A stretch of DNA of 64,000 bases from Vicinamibacteria bacterium. GTDB lineage: Bacteria; Acidobacteriota; Vicinamibacteria; Fen-336; JAGNNV01. Of this stretch, positions 36,843-46,689 are shown piece by piece; position 1 is the first letter of the stretch, and the number at the start of each line of letters is the position of its first letter. The notes under the pieces are model-generated. The model ran no database searches and was not told where the DNA came from. It worked only from the letters and a program-made list of their open reading frames with translations. The DNA is taken from contig JANODX010000054.1 in the NCBI GenBank assembly GCA_031412915.1, forward strand, positions 13,126 to 77,125, in the 5' to 3' direction. The translations under genes were made by a program, and so were the position numbers.

Positions 36843-37922
36843 ATGACCCCAGCCGCCATCTTCGCCATCCCCCTGCTCACCGCCCTCGGCGCCGCCGCAC
36901 TGGTGCCCGTGGCGCAATTGCTGGCTAAGCGAATTGGAGCGATCGATCACCCGGGGACGAGAAAGATCCATAGGGCGCCCATCACCAGGCTCGGAGGCAT
37001 TGCGCCCGCCCTGGTCTTCTGGGGGTTCGTGGGGTTCGGCTTCCTGGCGTTGACCGAACCGTTTTTTCAAGGGCTCCTGGGCAAGGGCCTTCAGGACGCG
37101 CCGTCCGTCGGGCCGAAGCTTCTGGGCGTGCTTCTCGGCAGCGCCATCGCCTTCGCGACCGGACTGACCGATGACGTCTTCGGAAGCCGTTTCCCGGTGT
37201 GGGGCAAGGCCCTGGGTCAGATTTCCGCCGCTCTTTGTGTCGTCATCGGCGGGGTTTCCACGAGTTTCCTTCCCCATCCGGGGTTGAACGTCCTCTTGAC
37301 GGTTTTCTGGCTGGTCGGGATCACGAACGCGTTCAACCTGCTCGACAATATGGACGGTTTGGCTTCGGGGGTCGCTCTGGTCGCGAGTTCTGTTCTTCTG
37401 GTCAATGCTCTTTCGTCGGGCGAGCAGCTGATTGCCGCCCTCACCCTGGCCTTCATCGGAGTTCTCGCGGGTTTTCTGTTTTTCAATTTCAACCCCGCCA
37501 CGATTTTTCTGGGCGACTGCGGGAGCCATTTCGTCGGTTTCGTGATCGCCTCGATTCTCCTGCTGGACCGGTACGCCACCAGCGCCAGCAGTTCCTACTT
37601 TCCCGTGCTGATGCCGGTTCTCCTTCTCGCCGTTCCGATCATCGATACGACCACGGTGGTGGTCATCCGAATTCGGGAGGGTCGGCCCATCTATGTGGGC
37701 GACAACCGCCACCTTTCCCATACTTTGGTGGCGCGCGGTTTCTCTCAGCGAGGGGCCGTGCTCCTCATCTATCTGGTGACCCTGTGTTTCGGGCTTTCCG
37801 CCTTGCCGCTCCGCGACGCCTCGGTGCCTGAGACTTTTATCGTCCTCGCTCAAGCCTTCTGCTTCGTTGCAGTTATTCTGCTTCTGATGTTCTCGGGAAA
37901 TCGCCCCGTGGTGAAGTCGTGA
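36843..37922 (+). CDS. Undecaprenyl-phosphate N-acetylhexosamine-1-phosphate transferase (WecA/WbpL/MraY family), initiating enzyme
   Basis: 'DHPGTRKIHRAPITRLGGIA' and 'NAFNLLDNMDGLASG' (signature DDxxD/NxxNxxDGxD region). 10-11 TM helices. Confidence 0.8.
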   Translation: MTPAAIFAIPLLTALGAAALVPVAQLLAKRIGAIDHPGTRKIHRAPITRLGGIAPALVFWGFVGFGFLALTEPFFQGLLGKGLQDAPSVGPKLLGVLLGSAIAFATGLTDDVFGSRFPVWGKALGQISAALCVVIGGVSTSFLPHPGLNVLLTVFWLVGITNAFNLLDNMDGLASGVALVASSVLLVNALSSGEQLIAALTLAFIGVLAGFLFFNFNPATIFLGDCGSHFVGFVIASILLLDRYATSASSSYFPVLMPVLLLAVPIIDTTTVVVIRIREGRPIYVGDNRHLSHTLVARGFSQRGAVLLIYLVTLCFGLSALPLRDASVPETFIVLAQAFCFVAVILLLMFSGNRPVVKS

Positions 37923-39715
37923 TCCTTTCCGTCCTCGGACTGTTCGCCACCTTCTTCGCTCAACCGGCTCCCGTCCCCGTTACCACCTACGTGGTCTCGA
38001 TCCTGAATGAACGTGTGAGCGACGACATGGTCCTGCGCTTCGTCCTCAGTGGTCCGCCAGGCTCCTACTCGGCGACCCGGGACGGCGACGCCATTCTGGT
38101 CCGAATCGCCGCGGAGGTTCTGCCCGGGCTCTCGATCCCCGCTTCGAGAGATCCGGTCCGCTCCCTGGCTCTCGGTTCCGAACCGGGTTTCAGTTTGCGG
38201 GTCAACCTGGCCGAGGGCTGGACCCATGAAATGGTGAGGGAGGTGTTTTCGCTGCGTCTGATTATGCGAAAACGCGCGGCGGAGGGGACGTCCGCGACAC
38301 CCGTTCCCGGGTTGAGAGAACCCGAAACCGCCCCTTTGGCTTCGCCCGAACCGAGCCCGCGGCCAGCCGCCGACCCGGTGGCCGCGGATACGGCCGACTT
38401 GTACTCGCGACTCTTCCCTTCGACAACCGATCCTTCGGGTGGCCTGGGGACCACAGAGATTGGAAATTCGGAGAATTGGTACTCCGACTTCCTGTGGCTC
38501 GGCCTTCAGGCGCGACCATGGGTTTCCGTGAGCTACGTCGACGGCAAGACGACGGAAATCCAGTCGAATTTCACGACGGCCGACGCCTACTGGGTGGTGC
38601 AACCCAATTTGGGCCTTGGCTTCAGTCCCACCTTCTGGGGAGGCCGAGGCGGCCAGTGGACGATCAACTACACACCACGCTTCCGCAGACAAGTGGATCT
38701 GAACCTTCCGCAACTCACCTCCCATTTCTTCGACGTCGGCCTCGATCAACCCATCGCCGCGGCGGGCTCGATCTATGGGAACTACCATTTTTCGACGGGC
38801 GTGCTGGAAACCGAAGAAATCGACCCCGGCAGGGAGTACGGGATCGGCCTGAACCGGGTCGTCGACACGTCGCTCGAGCGCTTCCATCGAAACAGCCTGG
38901 GCCTCGGCATCCGGTTCGACTTCGTGGCCGACACCCAGGTGGACGTGAACGTGAGCAAGACCGCGGTCCGCTACGGCAACGAGCCCGGGGACGAGGCCTT
39001 TCAATACGGAGAGCGGGCGTTCTTCGACTACGACACCCGCACCCTCAACGCATCGCTGCGGCGCGGTTTTGGCGAGAGTCGTTTCCTCGGCCTCCTGTTC
39101 GGGGTGCACGACACGCCCACGCAGGAGGAACGAAAGCAGGTCGAGGGCCGCGGCTATTCGTATGGCGCTTCCTTCGAAGGCCCGATTACGGCGCTCACCA
39201 CCGGTCGCCTTCTCTTTGGATACCGCACCCAGAAGAATCCAAACGCGGGTGCGGGGGGGCAGGAGTACGAAGACATCACCTACGGGGCCCAACTCATGCG
39301 AGAAATCTCCGAGGACACCACGGTCGGCCTGGGCGCGGATCGGAAACTGTACGTGTCGGCCTACGAGGAGAATGGTTTCTATGTCGTGGACTCGCTTCGC
39401 GGTGACCTGAGTTCGAGGCTTCCCTTCGGTTTCTTCCTGCGGGGGAATGCGTCCTGGCAAAACAACAACTACAAGACCAGCCCTCAGGCGAACACCGCCG
39501 CGGGCCCGCCCATCCTCAGAAAAGATCAGATCACGCTCTGGACGCTCGGACTGGCGCGGAACATCGCGCAGTGGGCCTTTCTTAGACTCGACTACACGTC
39601 CGAGCGACGGAACTCGAATCTCGACCGGTTCGACATCAAGACACGAGCTCTCAATTTCCAGTTGGGTCTGGGATTTTTCGGCAAGCCTCGGAATGCGGCT
39701 CCTTTGTCATGGTAA
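37919..39715 (+). CDS. Outer-membrane beta-barrel protein associated with polysaccharide export (hypothetical)
   Basis: 598 aa with a hydrophobic N-terminal signal. Alternating amphipathic strands rich in Y/G/F ('WTINYTPRF', 'LGLGIRFDFVADTQVDVNVSK', 'RLDYTSERRNSNLDRFDIKTRALNFQLGLGF'). The C-terminal residue is aromatic (W). Co-operonic with wecA-like, wza and wzc. Confidence 0.45.
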   Translation: MILSVLGLFATFFAQPAPVPVTTYVVSILNERVSDDMVLRFVLSGPPGSYSATRDGDAILVRIAAEVLPGLSIPASRDPVRSLALGSEPGFSLRVNLAEGWTHEMVREVFSLRLIMRKRAAEGTSATPVPGLREPETAPLASPEPSPRPAADPVAADTADLYSRLFPSTTDPSGGLGTTEIGNSENWYSDFLWLGLQARPWVSVSYVDGKTTEIQSNFTTADAYWVVQPNLGLGFSPTFWGGRGGQWTINYTPRFRRQVDLNLPQLTSHFFDVGLDQPIAAAGSIYGNYHFSTGVLETEEIDPGREYGIGLNRVVDTSLERFHRNSLGLGIRFDFVADTQVDVNVSKTAVRYGNEPGDEAFQYGERAFFDYDTRTLNASLRRGFGESRFLGLLFGVHDTPTQEERKQVEGRGYSYGASFEGPITALTTGRLLFGYRTQKNPNAGAGGQEYEDITYGAQLMREISEDTTVGLGADRKLYVSAYEENGFYVVDSLRGDLSSRLPFGFFLRGNASWQNNNYKTSPQANTAAGPPILRKDQITLWTLGLARNIAQWAFLRLDYTSERRNSNLDRFDIKTRALNFQLGLGFFGKPRNAAPLSW

Positions 39716-40623
39716 GCGTCCTCTCGCTGTTTCTCTTTGGCCTGGGCCTTTGGGCTCCGAACCCGGGCGAAGCGGCGGCGGCGCAGGGTCAGACTCCGGC
39801 CCCTGGCTCCAGCACAACCGCGGCATCCTATGTGGTTGGCCCGGGCGATGTGCTGGACGTTTCCGTGCTGGATCAGCTCGACGTTTCCAGAACCACCACC
39901 GTTCAGCCCGACGGCCGTTTCACCATGCCTCTTCTGGGCGATCTCGAGGTCGCGGGAAAAACGATCTCCGAGATCCAGTCCCTGATCACCGAGCGGCTTT
40001 CCAGAGAGTTCCTGGTCAACCCCAGGGTCGAGGTTCGGGTGCGCGAATTCTCCAGCCAGTTCGCCCTCGTCCTCGGCGAGGTCGTGAATCCGGGCCGGCG
40101 CGCCCTCAGGGGCAACACCCGGTTGATCGATCTGCTGATCGAATCCGGAGGTTTCCGGCTCAGCGCATCGGGTGAGGTTCTGGTGCAACGAACCGAGGGT
40201 GTTTTTCCAAACGGGACGAAAAGCGTGCGTTTCCGCCTGGGCCACGCTTCGGGCTTGAACGAAGCGGATCGACTGAACGCCGAGCTGGTGCTGAAGAACG
40301 GCGACATCGTCACCGCGGCCCCGAGGTTCTATGTGACCGTGGATGGCGAGGTGTCGCGGCCGGGCCGGATCCTGGTCGAGACCGACCTGACCCTGCTCGG
40401 GGTTATCGCCGAATCGGGCGGGCTCTCGAAATTCGCCTCGTCCAAGGTCCGGATCATTCGCAGGAAGGCCGACGGCGTGGATCTCACCGGCTTCGGGCCA
40501 TGTGACGGAGCGGTTGAGGACCTTTGCCTGGTCATCGACATCAAGGCGATCCGCAAGGGCAAGGTCCAGGATGTCGTGATGGCCCAGAACGACAAGGTGG
40601 TCGTATCCCGGCGCAAGTTCTGA
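39709..40623 (+). CDS. wza: Polysaccharide export outer-membrane lipoprotein Wza (Poly_export + SLBB domains)
   Basis: 'YVVGPGDVLDVSVLDQLDVSRTTTVQPDGRFTMPLLGDLEVAGKTISEIQSLI...EFL.NP.VEV' is the conserved Wza/GumB motif block. Confidence 0.8.
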   Translation: MVSVLSLFLFGLGLWAPNPGEAAAAQGQTPAPGSSTTAASYVVGPGDVLDVSVLDQLDVSRTTTVQPDGRFTMPLLGDLEVAGKTISEIQSLITERLSREFLVNPRVEVRVREFSSQFALVLGEVVNPGRRALRGNTRLIDLLIESGGFRLSASGEVLVQRTEGVFPNGTKSVRFRLGHASGLNEADRLNAELVLKNGDIVTAAPRFYVTVDGEVSRPGRILVETDLTLLGVIAESGGLSKFASSKVRIIRRKADGVDLTGFGPCDGAVEDLCLVIDIKAIRKGKVQDVVMAQNDKVVVSRRKF

Positions 40624-40652
40624 GAAACCCCCCTCCGGCGTAGAGTTACCCG

Positions 40653-42776
40653 ATGTCGACCACAGTTCTCCCCATTGGCGGCGAAGCGGGTTCGCCTCCT
40701 GGCGAGACCGATCTGGATGTCCGCTACTACGCGGGAGTCCTGTGGCGGGGTCGCTGGCTGGTCGTGGTCGCCGCTTTCCTCGGCGTCGCTCTTGCCTCCC
40801 TCATCGCGTACCTGCAGATCCCCGAGTATCAGGCTCAGTCCCTGGTGCAGATCGAGCCGCCCGTTCCTTTCTTCATGGGGGTCAACGAGGCCCTGACGGG
40901 CGGGGGGGGCTATTGGCAGAACGCGGACTTCTACAACACCCAGTTCAAGATCATCACCTCGAAAGCGGTGGCCGACCAGGTCATCGACGAGCTCAAACTG
41001 AAAGACAAGAGTCCTTTCAAGGAGTCGGCCGACCCCTCTGCCCTTTTTCTGAGCCACGTGGCGGTCGCGCCCGTCCCGGAGAGCCGGCTTGCGTTCATCA
41101 AGGTCTCCCACGAAGACCCGAGCGAAGCCGCTCTTTGGGCCAACCGCATCGCCGACGTCTACATTCGGCGCGCTCTCGACCAGCGTCTCGAATCGGCTCG
41201 AAAGGGTCTCGAGTGGTTGCGGGAAAGGATGGCCACCACCGAAGTTCAGATAAGGGACAAGAACGACACGCTCTACAAGCAATACCAGCAGCAGGACTTC
41301 GTCCCGCAGGGCACGACGTCCGCGGTCAACACGTCTATCGAGAAGCTCCAGGGAGAACTGGTCGAGGTTCAGTCGAAGCGCATAGCACTCGATGCCGCGT
41401 ACCGGCAGGCTCTCGACCTCAGGGCGCGAAACGAGAGTCTCGAAAGCGTTCCCCAGATTGCCCAGGATCCGGCCTGGATGGCTTTGCAGGCGCAAGTCGC
41501 GGCCATGGATCTCGAAAAGCAGCGTCTCAAGGAAAGGTATCGCGAGACTCATCCCGAGGTCGTTCGGATCGAAACCTTCATCAAGGGTTTGCGGCAGAAG
41601 AAGGACGAAAGAGCGGGCGAGATCACGGGCCTGATGGAGAAAGAGCGGTCTCAGCTTCAGAAACGCGAGGCCCAGTTGCGCGCCGCCACCCAGGGCGAGA
41701 AAAGCGTCGCCGCGAACCAGAGCCGCCGGCTGGCGGAACTCGACACCATGAAAAAGCAGGCGGACTCGGCCTCCAGCATGTACGACGTCCTGCTCCAGAA
41801 ACTGAATGAGTCGACCATCGCCGCGTCGGTCCAGTCGAACAACATCGTCTTGATCGACAAGGCGGTGAAGGGCGTCAAGATCCGTCCCAACAAGCCGCAG
41901 GCCGCCCTGGTCGGCCTCGCCGTGGGTTTGCTGCTCGGCGCGGCCCTGGTCCTCGGACGAGACTATTTCGACAACACGATCAAAGACCCGGACGAGGTCG
42001 AGCGCTATCTCCACCTGGATCTTCTGGCCGCGGTTCCGAAGTACGACGCGTCCAATGTCCATCTGGTCACCGAGGCCTACCAGAACCTGCGAACCTCTCT
42101 CATCTTTGCGCGGCGCGAGGACACCGGTCAGGTGGTGCTGGTCACCGGCACGGCGCCCCAGGAGGGAAAAACATCGACCATCGTCAATCTCGCGAAGTTG
42201 CTCGCCGCTTCGGGCGAGAAAACCCTGGTCATGGACCTCGACCTGCGACGAGCCCAGATCCACCGGCGGCTCGGGGTGTCAAAAGAGCCCGGCTTCAGCG
42301 ATTACTTCACCAGGCGCGAAGATCTGGACCGGCTGGTGCAGCCCACCAAATCGCCGAATCTGTTCGTCTTGACCGCGGGCGCCTTGCCGCCAAATCCGCC
42401 CGCCCTGATCGCACGCAAACAGATGGGAGACCTGTTGGATCGTCTGCGCCGCCACTTCGATTGGATCCTCGTGGACTCGCCTCCGCTGGCCTCCGTCACC
42501 GATGCCCTGCTCCTCGCCCGCTATTGCGATCTGGCCGTCTATGTCGTTCAGCACAACAAGATCGACAAGAAGGCCATCAAGCGAAACATCCAGGCCCTTC
42601 AAAAGGTCACTCCCAACCTCATCGGTGTCGTCATTAACGGCCTGGACAGCAGGACTCGCGGCTACTACTACTACTATTACAGCCAGGATCACAAAACCAC
42701 GGGCGAAATCAAACGGCCGGAGACCGACCCGGGTGTGGCTCCAAAAACCCCGCGGCCCGCAGCTCGGGCGGTCTAG
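40653..42776 (+). CDS. wzc: Polysaccharide co-polymerase / BY-kinase (Wzc/EpsG-type: Wzz domain + P-loop tyrosine kinase + Tyr-rich tail)
   Basis: N-terminal 'LDVRYYAGVLWRGRWLVVVAAFLG' (TM1). Coiled-coil periplasmic region, TM2, then Walker A 'TGTAPQEGKTSTIVNLA' and 'DSPPL...DALLLARYCDLAVYVV'. C-terminal 'RGYYYYYYSQDHK'. Confidence 0.85.
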   Translation: MSTTVLPIGGEAGSPPGETDLDVRYYAGVLWRGRWLVVVAAFLGVALASLIAYLQIPEYQAQSLVQIEPPVPFFMGVNEALTGGGGYWQNADFYNTQFKIITSKAVADQVIDELKLKDKSPFKESADPSALFLSHVAVAPVPESRLAFIKVSHEDPSEAALWANRIADVYIRRALDQRLESARKGLEWLRERMATTEVQIRDKNDTLYKQYQQQDFVPQGTTSAVNTSIEKLQGELVEVQSKRIALDAAYRQALDLRARNESLESVPQIAQDPAWMALQAQVAAMDLEKQRLKERYRETHPEVVRIETFIKGLRQKKDERAGEITGLMEKERSQLQKREAQLRAATQGEKSVAANQSRRLAELDTMKKQADSASSMYDVLLQKLNESTIAASVQSNNIVLIDKAVKGVKIRPNKPQAALVGLAVGLLLGAALVLGRDYFDNTIKDPDEVERYLHLDLLAAVPKYDASNVHLVTEAYQNLRTSLIFARREDTGQVVLVTGTAPQEGKTSTIVNLAKLLAASGEKTLVMDLDLRRAQIHRRLGVSKEPGFSDYFTRREDLDRLVQPTKSPNLFVLTAGALPPNPPALIARKQMGDLLDRLRRHFDWILVDSPPLASVTDALLLARYCDLAVYVVQHNKIDKKAIKRNIQALQKVTPNLIGVVINGLDSRTRGYYYYYYSQDHKTTGEIKRPETDPGVAPKTPRPAARAV
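42663..42680 (+). repeat. (TAC)4-TAT-TAC trinucleotide repeat encoding the Wzc C-terminal tyrosine cluster
   Basis: tactactactactattac gives YYYYYY. Confidence 0.7.
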
Positions 42777-42806
42777 AAACCGGGCTGGAAGAGCGCCAAA
42801 GGACGA

Positions 42807-43871
42807 CTAGGCTCGCATCAGCGACGCGCCCCAGTTCATCCCCGCGCCGAAAGCCACCATCAGAATGAGGTCGCCCTTGCGCACCCGTCCGGCCCGAGAG
42901 GACTCGTCGTAGAGAAGCGGAATCGTGGCGGCGGTGGTGTTGCCGTAGCGTTCGATGTTGTGGACCACCTTCTCGGAGGGAATCCCGAGTTGTTTGGCGC
43001 AGTACTCGTTGATTCTCAGGTTCGCCTGGTGCATCAAGACCAGGGACAGGTCGGAGATCGAGACACCCTGGCGTTTCATGAGTTCGGTCGCCACTTCGAT
43101 CATCTTTGTGGTGGCCATCTTGAACACGGCCCGGCCGTCCATCACGGGAACGTGGTCGCCCCGCTCGATCTGCTCGGGACTCGTGTAGGGGCGCAGGCGG
43201 AAACCGGTTCCCGGCACATAAAGCTTGTCGAGGTCTTTGCCATCGCCGCACAGGATGGTCTCGATGATTCCCCGATTTCCGGAGGGGTCCGCCTTGACGA
43301 CCACCGCGGAGGCCGCGTCGCCAAAGAGCACCACCAGGTTGCGAAACCGCGAGTTCCATTCGAAATCCGCGGCGGAAATGGGGCCGGGGTCGCGTCCATG
43401 AATCACGTCCCACGACCTGGCGGAGAAGGGGAGGAAGCCGGTGTGGACCTCGGCCCCGACCAGCAGAACGGTTTTCGCCAGTCCGGACCGGATGTAGGCG
43501 TCGGCCAGCTGCAGACCGTAGAGAAAGCCGGTGCATTGCTGCCGGATGTCAAGACACGGGATCTGCCGGAGACCCAGGCGGTTCTGATAGATGCCGGAGT
43601 TTCCAGGGAAAAAATAATCCGGGGTCATGGTGGCCGAAACGACGAGATCGATCTCCTCGCGGGCGATGCCGCTGCTCTCGATCGCCCGCTCTGCCGCGGC
43701 CACACCGAGGTCCGCGCTGGAGGTCCCGGGGTCGACGAAGTAGCGGGTTTCAACCCCGCTCCGCTCCCGGATCCAGGCGTCGTTCGTGTCGAGAACTCTC
43801 GACAACATCTCGTTGGTGACGCAGTTCTTCGCTATTTCGGAACCGCTGCCGGCGATCATGGCGCTTGTCAT
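42807..43871 (-). CDS. fabH: 3-oxoacyl-ACP synthase III
   Basis: 'MTSAMIAGSGSEIAKNCVTNEM...DAWIRERSGVETRY', active-site 'CTGFLYGLQLA' and 'HQANLRI...NTTAATIPL' give the Cys-His-Asn triad context. Confidence 0.85.
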   Translation of the reverse strand: MTSAMIAGSGSEIAKNCVTNEMLSRVLDTNDAWIRERSGVETRYFVDPGTSSADLGVAAAERAIESSGIAREEIDLVVSATMTPDYFFPGNSGIYQNRLGLRQIPCLDIRQQCTGFLYGLQLADAYIRSGLAKTVLLVGAEVHTGFLPFSARSWDVIHGRDPGPISAADFEWNSRFRNLVVLFGDAASAVVVKADPSGNRGIIETILCGDGKDLDKLYVPGTGFRLRPYTSPEQIERGDHVPVMDGRAVFKMATTKMIEVATELMKRQGVSISDLSLVLMHQANLRINEYCAKQLGIPSEKVVHNIERYGNTTAATIPLLYDESSRAGRVRKGDLILMVAFGAGMNWGASLMRA

Positions 43872-43901
43872 TGGGGCAGGTCTTCTCCGTTTCCGATCTG
43901 G

Positions 43902-44846
43902 TCAGGCCTTGGGACCGAAGTAGCCTAGCTTGTAGCGCAGGAGAACGTTCTCGCGCGCGGGAAGGCGCACGACGATGCGGCGATAGCGCCCGTCCCTTCG
44001 CAGGTTTGTGGGCACGTAACCCATGCTGTACTGAGTCCGCATCTCTTCGGCAATGCGGTCATAAACAGAATCCAGTTCCTGAATCTGAGCGGGAAAGAAG
44101 GCTTGGCCCCCGGTCTCGCGGGCCAGAACAGATAGCAGATGAGTGGCCTGGGAGAAGGCCGCCCGGCCCTTGTCTCCCTCGAAATCGGCGGTCAAGCGAA
44201 TGGAATAGATCGAGATTTCGGCCTTTCGCGCCAGTTCGATCACCTGCTCGTCCGTGACGATGGACGCGGTGTTCTCGCCGTCGGACAGCAGAATGATCGC
44301 CTGTCGGCGCGCCGCCGGCCCGGCCAGTTTCTCCTTCTGGAGGTCCTTGATGGAGATATAGAAGGCGTTGTGCAACGCGGTTGGACCTGCCGGCCGCAGA
44401 CGATCGATGCCGGCCTCGAGAGCCGCCTTGTCGTTCGTGAAGTCCTGCAGGACATCGATTCGGTTGTTGAAGGCCACCACCCGGGCGCGATCCGCCGCGA
44501 CCAGAGTGGAGACGAACCTTTTGGCGGCGACCTGGGCCGCCCCCATCTTTTCGTCCATGGACGCGGATGCGTCCATGAGCAGGACTACGGACAGGGGAAG
44601 GCGGTCCCGGTTGAAGATGGCGAGTTCCTGCTTGACCCCGTCTTCATAGACGGAGAAGGCATCGCGGTCGAGACCGGACACCAGACGTCCCTGAGCGTCG
44701 GTGACCGTGACGGTGAGATTGATGATGTCGACGGACGAGCCGAACGTCAGGGGGGGCTGCCCCTGGGTCTGGGAGAAGGCCAGGGCGCCGGCCGCGCACC
44801 CGAACGCGGCGGAGAGTAGAAGGCCGCTTCGATATCGAAGGGTCAC
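43902..44846 (-). CDS. Secreted von Willebrand factor A (VWA) domain protein
   Basis: Signal peptide. 'LSVVLLMDASASMDEKM' is a MIDAS DxSxS-like motif. '...ILLSDGENT'. Confidence 0.7.
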   Translation of the reverse strand: MTLRYRSGLLLSAAFGCAAGALAFSQTQGQPPLTFGSSVDIINLTVTVTDAQGRLVSGLDRDAFSVYEDGVKQELAIFNRDRLPLSVVLLMDASASMDEKMGAAQVAAKRFVSTLVAADRARVVAFNNRIDVLQDFTNDKAALEAGIDRLRPAGPTALHNAFYISIKDLQKEKLAGPAARRQAIILLSDGENTASIVTDEQVIELARKAEISIYSIRLTADFEGDKGRAAFSQATHLLSVLARETGGQAFFPAQIQELDSVYDRIAEEMRTQYSMGYVPTNLRRDGRYRRIVVRLPARENVLLRYKLGYFGPKA

Positions 44847-45715
44847 GGCGAAGATGTCTCTTTTTTGGGTATGGACAGTCGGACCTTCACCGAGGGCCGC
44901 GCCACCTGAAGCGCGATCCGAGATCGTCGGCTGTCCCTGGTCTGAAGATAGCTCAGACGATACGTGCAGCGGAGATCGGCCGCGACTCTTTGCAGGGCGG
45001 CCGACACCCCCATCGCCGTCAATGCCCGCTCCAAGCGCCCCGCCGTGTCTTCGGTGAGCGTGCCGAAGACGAAGTCGTAATCCTCCTCGGACAAATCACC
45101 GCCCCCCGAGGGTTCACCTCGCGCCGAAACCGCTACACCTGCGACCTCAACCCCGGTCTTCATGACACGGTCGACAATCCCTTGCCGGTTGTCGTTCGAA
45201 AAGCCCGGGCCGATCCCCGAAAGAAAAACCACGATCCTCCGGCCTCCTTCCTTCTTCTGGAGGTCGGCGGAGGCCTCGACCAGGGCGTCCAGGACCGTGT
45301 TCCCGCCGGTGGGTGCAATTCGGCTGAGCCGAGATTCGATTCCTCGCCAAGCGCCGTCCTCTCCCAGGCTGATGTCGTCCACAACTTTGACCGGGCGGTC
45401 CCCCGTCGTCCAAACCGACAACCGGGTGGTCTCGGGCAGCGAAGCGACGAAGGCTTTGGCGGCGGCTATGAACTCGACCCTATAGGTCGAAGCCGCGGCC
45501 TCTGATGAATCGAGGAGCAGCGCCACCAGGGCGGGACCATCGTCCTTCTCGAACCTGGTGACCTGGAGGGTCACCCGAGATTCGGTCAGGGAGACGTCTG
45601 CCGCCTCCAGATCGCGAACCGGGGCGCCCTTGGCGTCGGAAACGACCGCGCGTATCGAGTAGGTGCTGGGGGCCGGCTGAAAGAGGGTGGATAGGACAAG
45701 AAGGCAGGGAATCAC
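44843..45715 (-). CDS. Secreted VWA-like domain protein (divergent)
   Basis: Signal peptide. '[15 protein letters not shown]...[12 protein letters not shown]...[13 protein letters not shown]...IVVFLSG' has VWA-like topology but a degenerate MIDAS. Confidence 0.55.
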   Translation of the reverse strand: MIPCLLVLSTLFQPAPSTYSIRAVVSDAKGAPVRDLEAADVSLTESRVTLQVTRFEKDDGPALVALLLDSSEAAASTYRVEFIAAAKAFVASLPETTRLSVWTTGDRPVKVVDDISLGEDGAWRGIESRLSRIAPTGGNTVLDALVEASADLQKKEGGRRIVVFLSGIGPGFSNDNRQGIVDRVMKTGVEVAGVAVSARGEPSGGGDLSEEDYDFVFGTLTEDTAGRLERALTAMGVSAALQRVAADLRCTYRLSYLQTRDSRRSRIALQVARPSVKVRLSIPKKETSSP

Positions 45716-45747
45716 ACCGACTCTTCTATCATGCGACTACTGGATCC

Positions 45748-46332
45748 TTGGAGCAGAGAGGAGCCTGGTTAGCCATAGTGATAGCCCAAGCCAAGACCGC
45801 GGTCGTCATCACGGTGAGCGATTCCGTCCACGCGGGCACGCGGGAGGATCTGTCCGGGCCGGAGACCCGAAGAGGCCTGGAGGGCCTCGGCCTCGAGGTC
45901 GATGGGCCACTGGTGGTTCCAGACGAAGAGGACATGATCTCGAAGCTCCTGGTGTTCTCGGCCGACCGCGCCGATCTGGTCGTGACCACCGGAGGCACGG
46001 GTCTGGGGCCAAGAGACGTGACACCCGAAGCCACCCGGCGGATTATCGACCGGGAAGCGCCGGGCCTGGCGGAGCTTATCCGGCTCCGTGGACTGGACCG
46101 AACCGTCTACGCCGCCCTGTCCCGTGGGGTTTGCGGCGTCCGGGGAAGAAGTCTGATCGTGAACCTGCCCGGGTCGCCACGGGGGGTTTCGGAAGGGCTT
46201 CTGGCCCTGTCCCCGGTTCTGCTCCACGCCCTTGACTTGATCGTCGGGAACACCGAACACGGACCTGCGGTCGGGACAAGCGAAGGTTTGTCGCCGGTAC
46301 GTGCCTCTGGTAGCCTCTCGCCCAGCAAATGA
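45748..46332 (+). CDS. moaB: Molybdenum cofactor biosynthesis protein B / MogA family
   Basis: '[21 protein letters not shown]', '[21 protein letters not shown]' and '[12 protein letters not shown]' are signature MogA/MoaB motifs. Confidence 0.7.
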   Translation: MEQRGAWLAIVIAQAKTAVVITVSDSVHAGTREDLSGPETRRGLEGLGLEVDGPLVVPDEEDMISKLLVFSADRADLVVTTGGTGLGPRDVTPEATRRIIDREAPGLAELIRLRGLDRTVYAALSRGVCGVRGRSLIVNLPGSPRGVSEGLLALSPVLLHALDLIVGNTEHGPAVGTSEGLSPVRASGSLSPSK

Positions 46333-46398
46333 CGGGTGCCTGGCCGGATCCGTCTCCGCGATTCGGTCAAAGGTGTTGGTCCAGGGTGAGATAAGGGC

Positions 46399-46644
46399 AT
46401 GGGTCCCGAGCGAAACCGTTCGACGAGCGATTTCGAGCGAGTCATCCGCGAAGCGGCTCCGTATCTAGGCATGGGCACTGCGCTTGCCGTCACCGTGGGG
46501 CTGTGTTCCGCCCTGGGGTTCTGGCTTGACCGATGGGCGGGGACAAAGCCCTGGCTCGCTCTCATCTTTGGCTCGTTGGGGGTGGTCACAGCCCTCGTGC
46601 AGTTTGCCAGGATGGCGTCAAACCTCAACAAGCCCAGGCCCTGA
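46399..46644 (+). CDS. AtpZ/AtpR-like small membrane protein ('putative F0F1-ATPase subunit', ATPase_gene1 family)
   Basis: 81 aa with two TM helices, including a conserved Arg in TM1 ('WLDRWAGTKPW'). First gene of the F0 operon. Confidence 0.5.
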   Translation: MGPERNRSTSDFERVIREAAPYLGMGTALAVTVGLCSALGFWLDRWAGTKPWLALIFGSLGVVTALVQFARMASNLNKPRP

Positions 46645-46689
46645 TCTCAAGGCCTGGATCTCAAAGAACGAACAAGAACCTTTCAAGCC

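Noticed and set aside
36738-37853. 371-aa minus-strand ORF opposite the wecA-like gene
   Set aside because: Highly charged His/Gln/Glu/Arg-rich sequence with no domains. The plus-strand gene has the NAFNLLDNMDGLA signature.
40329-42263. 644-aa minus-strand ORF and 355-aa plus alternate-frame ORF (40742..41809) across wzc
   Set aside because: Antisense or alternate frame of wzc, whose Wzz domain, Walker A and Tyr tail are unambiguous. The translations are low-complexity.
46333-46398. Short GACGG...CCGTC inverted repeat after moaB as a possible terminator
   Set aside because: The stem is only 5 bp, with a long loop and no U-tract. Not supportable.
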